A stretch of 64,000 bases of DNA from an uncultured Roseburia sp. (GTDB lineage: Bacteria > Bacillota > Clostridia > Lachnospirales > Lachnospiraceae): NCBI GenBank assembly GCA_964613325.1, contig CAZTGP010000004.1, positions 23,768 to 87,767 of the forward strand. The letters are read 5' to 3'. Made by a program: the position numbers and the translations under genes. Positions 58,790 to 64,000 of the stretch are shown here, piece by piece. The notes below the pieces were generated by a model. It saw only the letters and a list, made by a program, of their open reading frames with translations. It made no database searches and had not been told where the DNA came from. The first letter of the stretch is position 1, and the number at the start of each line of letters is the position of its first letter.

Positions 58790-59677
58790 ATGAGATATGA
58801 ATTATGTAAACAAGTAATGAAAGAAGATAGAAAACGCACAGGCTTTGATGCGCTTGCACAGCAGACGTTTGGACTGTCCTTTGAGGAGTGGTATCAAAGT
58901 GGCGATTGGGGAGATTGGAATCGGCCTTATACATTATTTGATGGTGACAAGGCAGTCTCCAATATTACCGTAAATCAGATGAAGGCATTCTATCAGGGGA
59001 AAATGCGTAACTACATCCAATTGGGTGGTGTTATGACAGATCCAGACTATCGAGGCCAGGGGCTATCTAGAATACTGATGGAAGAAGTTCAGAAGGATTG
59101 GAGGGACAAATGTGATGGAATGTTTCTTCTCGCCAACCGCAGTGTGACAGAGTTCTATCCGAAATTTGGATTTGTAGAAGAGAAACAATATCAATGTGCA
59201 ATCCAAGGCAATGGAATTCAGGCATTCCAACCAGATGGTGCAAGCGTAAGAAAATTGGATTTGGCTAAGAAAGAGGATATGGAAATCATGCTTCGCTGCT
59301 ATGAGAAGCACAATCCATTTTCCCAGTTCCAGATTGTTGACAATAGCAGTCTGCTGCGCTTCTATTGCTACGAAATGCTTCATGAGGCAGTGTACTATAT
59401 GCCAGAGGAAGATGCTGTGGTGATAGCCGAATGGGAAGCAGGTAATATGGAATGTTACGATATCTATTATGATGGCAATAGGAGCCTGATTCAGCTTCTT
59501 CATAGCTTTTGTGGAGAGCGACTTCCAAGAATCACATTCCTATTTACACCAAATGAAAGAGATGACATTATCCAGCAGGAATACATAGATGAAGACACAC
59601 ATCTGTTTGTGCTAGAAGGAAAAGAGAATATCTTTCAGAAGGCAAAGCTTTACGTGCCAGATGTATCGCATACATAA
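58790..59677 (+). CDS. GNAT family N-acetyltransferase (tandem-domain type)
   Basis: QLGGVMTDPDYRGQGLS, FLLAN and FYPKFGF motifs. Confidence 0.85.
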   Translation: MRYELCKQVMKEDRKRTGFDALAQQTFGLSFEEWYQSGDWGDWNRPYTLFDGDKAVSNITVNQMKAFYQGKMRNYIQLGGVMTDPDYRGQGLSRILMEEVQKDWRDKCDGMFLLANRSVTEFYPKFGFVEEKQYQCAIQGNGIQAFQPDGASVRKLDLAKKEDMEIMLRCYEKHNPFSQFQIVDNSSLLRFYCYEMLHEAVYYMPEEDAVVIAEWEAGNMECYDIYYDGNRSLIQLLHSFCGERLPRITFLFTPNERDDIIQQEYIDEDTHLFVLEGKENIFQKAKLYVPDVSHT

Positions 59678-59741
59678 TGGATGCGGTGTAGGGAGCGCGT
59701 TAATCGAGTAACTCTTATAGAGAGATGAATGAAACATATGA

Positions 59742-59779
59742 TAGTTAATTGCGTAACACTTTGATTTGGCAATTAGCGA
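59742..59779. repeat. Left-arm fragment of the structured repeat
   Basis: tagttaattgcgtaacactttgatttggcaattagc aligns with copy 2 tagttaattgcaaaacacattgaattcacaatgact and forms a local hairpin. Confidence 0.55.
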
Positions 59780-59810
59780 ACAGCAAATCAGATAACTTGA
59801 GGATAAATGC

Positions 59811-60380
59811 ATGGAATTATTAGAACAATTACAGAGATTTGAACCACAGAACGAACAGGAAGCAAGAGACACTGCCAAGATGATATCTTTGTTGGAAAAT
59901 GAACGGGATCTGTATACACGTGAGAATCCCTATTACCACCTGACAGCATCTGCATGGGTTGTAAATGCCAATCGAACCAAAGTACTTATGGCATATCATA
60001 ATCTGTATGATTCATGGGCATGGCTTGGTGGACATGCAGATGGGGATAGGAATCTTCTATATACAGCTATGCGGGAGGTGCAGGAAGAGAGTGGACTGAC
60101 TAAGGTGAAGGCAGTGTCCGAAGACATTTATTCAGTTGAGATTCTCACAGTATCCGGTCATGAGAAAAGGGGAAAGTATGTTTCTTCCCACTTACACTTG
60201 AATGTCACCTATTTATTAGAAGCAGATGAAGCGGAATCGTTACAGAATAAACCAGATGAGAATAGCGATGTGGCATGGTTCCTATTGGATGATGCCATAA
60301 AAGCATCCAATGAGGAGTGGTTTCAACAGCGAATTTATCCAAAATTGAATCATAAATTGCAAAATTATATGAATAATTAA
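59811..60380 (+). CDS. NUDIX hydrolase
   Basis: HLTASAWVVN, WLGGHADG..TAMREVQEESG (Nudix box) and HLHLNVTYL motifs. Confidence 0.9.
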   Translation: MELLEQLQRFEPQNEQEARDTAKMISLLENERDLYTRENPYYHLTASAWVVNANRTKVLMAYHNLYDSWAWLGGHADGDRNLLYTAMREVQEESGLTKVKAVSEDIYSVEILTVSGHEKRGKYVSSHLHLNVTYLLEADEAESLQNKPDENSDVAWFLLDDAIKASNEEWFQQRIYPKLNHKLQNYMNN

Positions 60381-60552
60381 GTGAATTCTTGCTGGAAAGA
60401 CAAGCTCCTTTTGTGCGTTGTGCCATTTTTTCTTTATCATATTGGAACAGATGAGGGAACGTGCTATAATAATGAATCCTAGCGAAACGGGATAACACCA
60501 TCAGTAGTTCCTAAGATTCATTGATGGTTCATTTATTTTAGAAAGGGAATAC

Positions 60553-61635
60553 ATGATATACAGTAGTATTCAAAATGACTTTATGTGCTTGGTGCTGTGC
60601 GTACTATTCCTCATATATGTCATTTGCGATCGAAGCTTTGAAAATAGAATAAAGATGTATTTTGTCAGCGCAATCATGGTGATTCTCTGTCTTATAGTTG
60701 TGGACAATTTAGAGCTTTTTGAAGCGGAGAGAAATTACCCAACTTTTGCAAGAAGGTTCTATATTGCAATGGGATATACGCTGCGTCCCTGTATTGGTAT
60801 GGCAATGACAGGCGCACTTGTTCGAAGTAACAGGGAAAGTGAGACAGCAAAGGCTGTGGCATTATATTTGTCATTTGGAATTGTCAATGCATTGATATGT
60901 ATCTTTAGTATTGGAACCGGATGGGTGTTCTATTTGGAGGCAGATAATACATTTTCCAGGGGACCATTGTGGTTGGTGCCATTTGTGACAGGCTTATGGT
61001 ATCTGGTTGTAATTGGCTGGATCTCTTTGAAGCATTTCCGTATGAAGAGAAAAGGCGAGGCAGCAGTTATTGCTATGCTTGCAATCTTAAGTATTTTGGG
61101 AACATTGATGGAATCAATCTGGGGATTTGTGGGAATTTTGACAGATGTGACATCCATTGGAGTGGTTCTATATTATTTATTCCTTCATGTAAATATGTTT
61201 TCCCGTGATGAACTCACGAATGCATACACGCGACGCATTTTCTTTATGGATGTAAAAAATCCGAAACGTAAAGATGTGGTAATTGTTGCTATGGATTTGA
61301 ATAATCTGAAAGAAATTAACGATAACAAAGGCCATAAGTATGGGGATAATGCCCTTATTGAATATGCCAAAACAGTTCGCAAATATAAGAAAAAGAATTG
61401 TGTGCTCTATCGCATGGGTGGAGACGAATTCTCAATGATCTGTATGGATATGACAGAAGAACAGGTCGTTGAGACAATGAAGAAAATCGAGAAAGAATTG
61501 AATGAAAAATCATATTCCTTCGCATATGGAGTGGTGACGTACCATGGTGGAGATGACATCACTGAAGTGAACCATTTGGTGGATCAGAGGATGTATCGAA
61601 TGAAGCGAACCATGAAGGAAGAAAATTGTAGATAA
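60553..61635 (+). CDS. Membrane-bound diguanylate cyclase (multi-TM, GGDEF)
   Basis: RDELTNAYTR, MDLNNLKEINDNKGH and YRMGGDEF motifs. Confidence 0.88.
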   Translation: MIYSSIQNDFMCLVLCVLFLIYVICDRSFENRIKMYFVSAIMVILCLIVVDNLELFEAERNYPTFARRFYIAMGYTLRPCIGMAMTGALVRSNRESETAKAVALYLSFGIVNALICIFSIGTGWVFYLEADNTFSRGPLWLVPFVTGLWYLVVIGWISLKHFRMKRKGEAAVIAMLAILSILGTLMESIWGFVGILTDVTSIGVVLYYLFLHVNMFSRDELTNAYTRRIFFMDVKNPKRKDVVIVAMDLNNLKEINDNKGHKYGDNALIEYAKTVRKYKKKNCVLYRMGGDEFSMICMDMTEEQVVETMKKIEKELNEKSYSFAYGVVTYHGGDDITEVNHLVDQRMYRMKRTMKEENCR

Positions 61636-61845
61636 AGCAGTACTTTGGTATGAAAAAAGTTGAATTTTAAGACACGAAAGTGTAAAATGAAAGAAAAAAA
61701 AGACCAGACGAAAAGGTCTTATCAGCGGCTTGAAATGCGAGATATATTCTGATTAGACGAGTTAGGATAGCTCTCGCTTTTTTATTTGATTTTATTAAAT
61801 AAAAATATAGGAATAGATACATAAGAAAGAACTGGAGGAGCGCAA

Positions 61846-64000
61846 ATGGGATATACAACGGAAGAAGCGTTGGCTGGCGCCATGATTCAATCTTACTATC
61901 AGGAACGAAACATTGATAAAATTTTAGAGCTTGTTACAGATGATGTTCAGTGGATTGGGACAGAGAAGGATGACAGTGCATTCGGGAAAGAAGAACTGCG
62001 GGCATTATTGCAAAAGGATGCAGCATTCTTTCCTCAGGCAATGGAAGCAAAGCTGGAAAAGATAGAGATTCGCAAACAATCTGATACAATATCCAGTGTT
62101 ATCATTATAGGGAGCCAGGAGCTGCCAACTGATGTTGGTGGTGAATTTCAGATTCGCATTACGGGACTATGCATTTTACAAGAAGATGGAACTTATTTGA
62201 TGGATAATTTGCATGCATCGGTTCCGAACTCTGAGATAGAAAAGCATAGCTTGGAATATGAATTGAACGAAACAAGGCAGAAGGAACAGATTCTAATGTC
62301 TGGTATTCCAGGTGGTATTGCAATATACAGATTGAAAAAAGATGGCCGGGTAGCGACAGAATATGTGTCTGAAAGTCTGGCTAAAATGTGCGGCTATGGA
62401 ACAGAGGAATATCTAGAATATCTAAGGAATGACTGCATGGTTAATCTTGTGCCAGAGGATGTTCCTGGGGTTCTAGAGTCAGTAAAGAAAAGCTTGCAGA
62501 GGCACGAGCCAATTAGTGCGTTATATCATATTTATACCAAGAAGAGAAAGCCAATCCTTGTGCGCCTGGATGCCAATGTGATTCAGACAAAGCAGGTGAA
62601 GGAGGATGAAATAGCAATTCTATATGCGGTGCATACGCTTGTGTATGGAGATGCTATGGTGAGAATTCAGGAACAGAAGCATTACAGAGATCTTATGAAT
62701 ATTCTTCAGATTGCTTATTGGGAATGGAGTGTGGATTCAGGATACTATACTTCAGAGAAATACTCCGAATATGCAATCAGTGATGAACCAAATGAGAATA
62801 TCTGGGATACGCCGAAATGTCTTAAGTACATTCACCCAGATGACACAGCCCTCTATGAAGAATATGTGAAGAAGGATGACAACGATTCAGAGCGGGTATC
62901 AGCAGTACTACGTGTAAGAATGAAGGATGGAAGCTATCAGTGGACAGAGATGTTTGCCTTTGCAGAATTGGATGACAATGGACGATTAAACCGCATTATC
63001 AGTGTAATGAGAGGCGTGGATAAAGAATGGCTAGAGCAAAAGAAACAATTGGAATTTGCTTTAGAAGATGCGAAGAAGGCGAATCGGGCGAAAACGGACT
63101 TCCTATCCAGAGTGAGCCATGATATGCGAACCCCATTGAATGGAATTCTTGGTATTACAACCTTATTGCAGGAGTATGTAAGAGATCATAAAGTGCTGGA
63201 TGATTTGGCACAGCTAGAGCAATCAGGAAAATACCTGCTCAATCTGATTGAGGATACCTTGGATGTGAGCAAAATTGAGAGTGGAAAATTGGAACTGAAT
63301 CCAATTGTCTGTGATGGACGAGTTATATTCAATAATGTGATTAGTCTCGTTTCTCCAAATCTGAGAGAACGGAATATTAAACTGGAGGTTCATACAGAAA
63401 ATATCCCATTTACGATTCTTTATATGGATGTTGGAAGAGTTCAGCAGATCGTGATGAATATTATCGGTAATGCCATCAAATTCACACCGGATGGCGGAAC
63501 GATCCATTTTACCATGACCAATTTGGGGGTGGAGAATGGGATCATTACAGATCAAATTGTAATCGAAGATAACGGCATGGGAATCAGTGAAGAATTCCTG
63601 CCACATTTATTTGAACCATTTACCCAGGAGAGGAATACGATTACTTCCAGCTCCAAGGGAACCGGACTTGGAATGGCAATCACGAAGCAGATCATTGATA
63701 TGATGGGTGGAACAGTTAACGTGGAAAGCGAAGTGGGGAAAGGAACCCGATTCACAATCGTTCTTCCAATGCAGATTGCAACAGATGAACAGGTTGCCAA
63801 CTGGAAGAAGGAACAGGGAAATGGCGGAACAACAGCAGTGCTGAAGGGCTGTCATATACTGCTTTGTGAGGATCATCCACTAAATGCAAAAATTGCAATT
63901 CGCTTGTTAGAGAACAAGGGCGTGAAGGTTGATCATGTGGTTGATGGCAAGCTGGGCGTAGAGCAATTCAAGAATTCGCGGCCAGGATACTATGATGCGA
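61846..64000 (+). CDS. Hybrid sensor histidine kinase (NTF2/SnoaL-like, PAS, HisKA, HATPase, REC), 3'-truncated by the window; absent from the ORF track
   Basis: GGAGG RBS before ATG 61846. In frame: FLSRVSHDMRTPLNG (H box, ~63079 onward), NIIGNAIKFT, EDNGMGI, GTGLG and ILLCEDHPLN (63856). Confidence 0.9.
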   Translation, partial: MGYTTEEALAGAMIQSYYQERNIDKILELVTDDVQWIGTEKDDSAFGKEELRALLQKDAAFFPQAMEAKLEKIEIRKQSDTISSVIIIGSQELPTDVGGEFQIRITGLCILQEDGTYLMDNLHASVPNSEIEKHSLEYELNETRQKEQILMSGIPGGIAIYRLKKDGRVATEYVSESLAKMCGYGTEEYLEYLRNDCMVNLVPEDVPGVLESVKKSLQRHEPISALYHIYTKKRKPILVRLDANVIQTKQVKEDEIAILYAVHTLVYGDAMVRIQEQKHYRDLMNILQIAYWEWSVDSGYYTSEKYSEYAISDEPNENIWDTPKCLKYIHPDDTALYEEYVKKDDNDSERVSAVLRVRMKDGSYQWTEMFAFAELDDNGRLNRIISVMRGVDKEWLEQKKQLEFALEDAKKANRAKTDFLSRVSHDMRTPLNGILGITTLLQEYVRDHKVLDDLAQLEQSGKYLLNLIEDTLDVSKIESGKLELNPIVCDGRVIFNNVISLVSPNLRERNIKLEVHTENIPFTILYMDVGRVQQIVMNIIGNAIKFTPDGGTIHFTMTNLGVENGIITDQIVIEDNGMGISEEFLPHLFEPFTQERNTITSSSKGTGLGMAITKQIIDMMGGTVNVESEVGKGTRFTIVLPMQIATDEQVANWKKEQGNGGTTAVLKGCHILLCEDHPLNAKIAIRLLENKGVKVDHVVDGKLGVEQFKNSRPGYYDA

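Noticed and set aside
60478-60540. c-di-GMP or other riboswitch upstream of the GGDEF gene
   Set aside because: Two small hairpins are present, but the GEMM-I/II consensus elements could not be identified.

Overview
Chromosomal 64-kb window, most likely from a Lachnospiraceae/Clostridiales gut anaerobe. The taxon is inferred from DUF1292/DUF5721/DUF6070-like proteins, Firmicutes-type SOS boxes and a T-box leader. The first 31 kb is mostly housekeeping: a sortase-type surface protein, an SOS-boxed radical-SAM repair pair, lspA, csp, M18 aminopeptidase, DegV, folC, dinB, tandem YhgE/Pip genes, ilvE, sdaAB/AA, an amidase, a GGDEF-EAL protein and an ABC module. An AT-rich patch follows with a truncated rhuM and a GntR-ABC operon. 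Next come AraC/galK, a Trp T-box controlling trpDCFBA without trpEG, and a long run of small modifying enzymes (methyltransferases, GNATs, HD, APH, NUDIX). The window ends with an XRE-HTH/AlaA fusion, GGDEF proteins and a hybrid histidine kinase cut off by the window end. I found no rRNA, tRNA, CRISPR array or transposase. The most unusual signals are non-coding: (1) a ~205-bp highly structured interspersed repeat with two full copies showing compensatory changes plus three arm fragments; (2) a 266-bp ORF-less element made of four GTGATGTA-N18/19-TACATCAC dyads in two inverted pairs; (3) a ~20-bp-period array in front of the HTH-aminotransferase fusion, which also has a candidate internal start.
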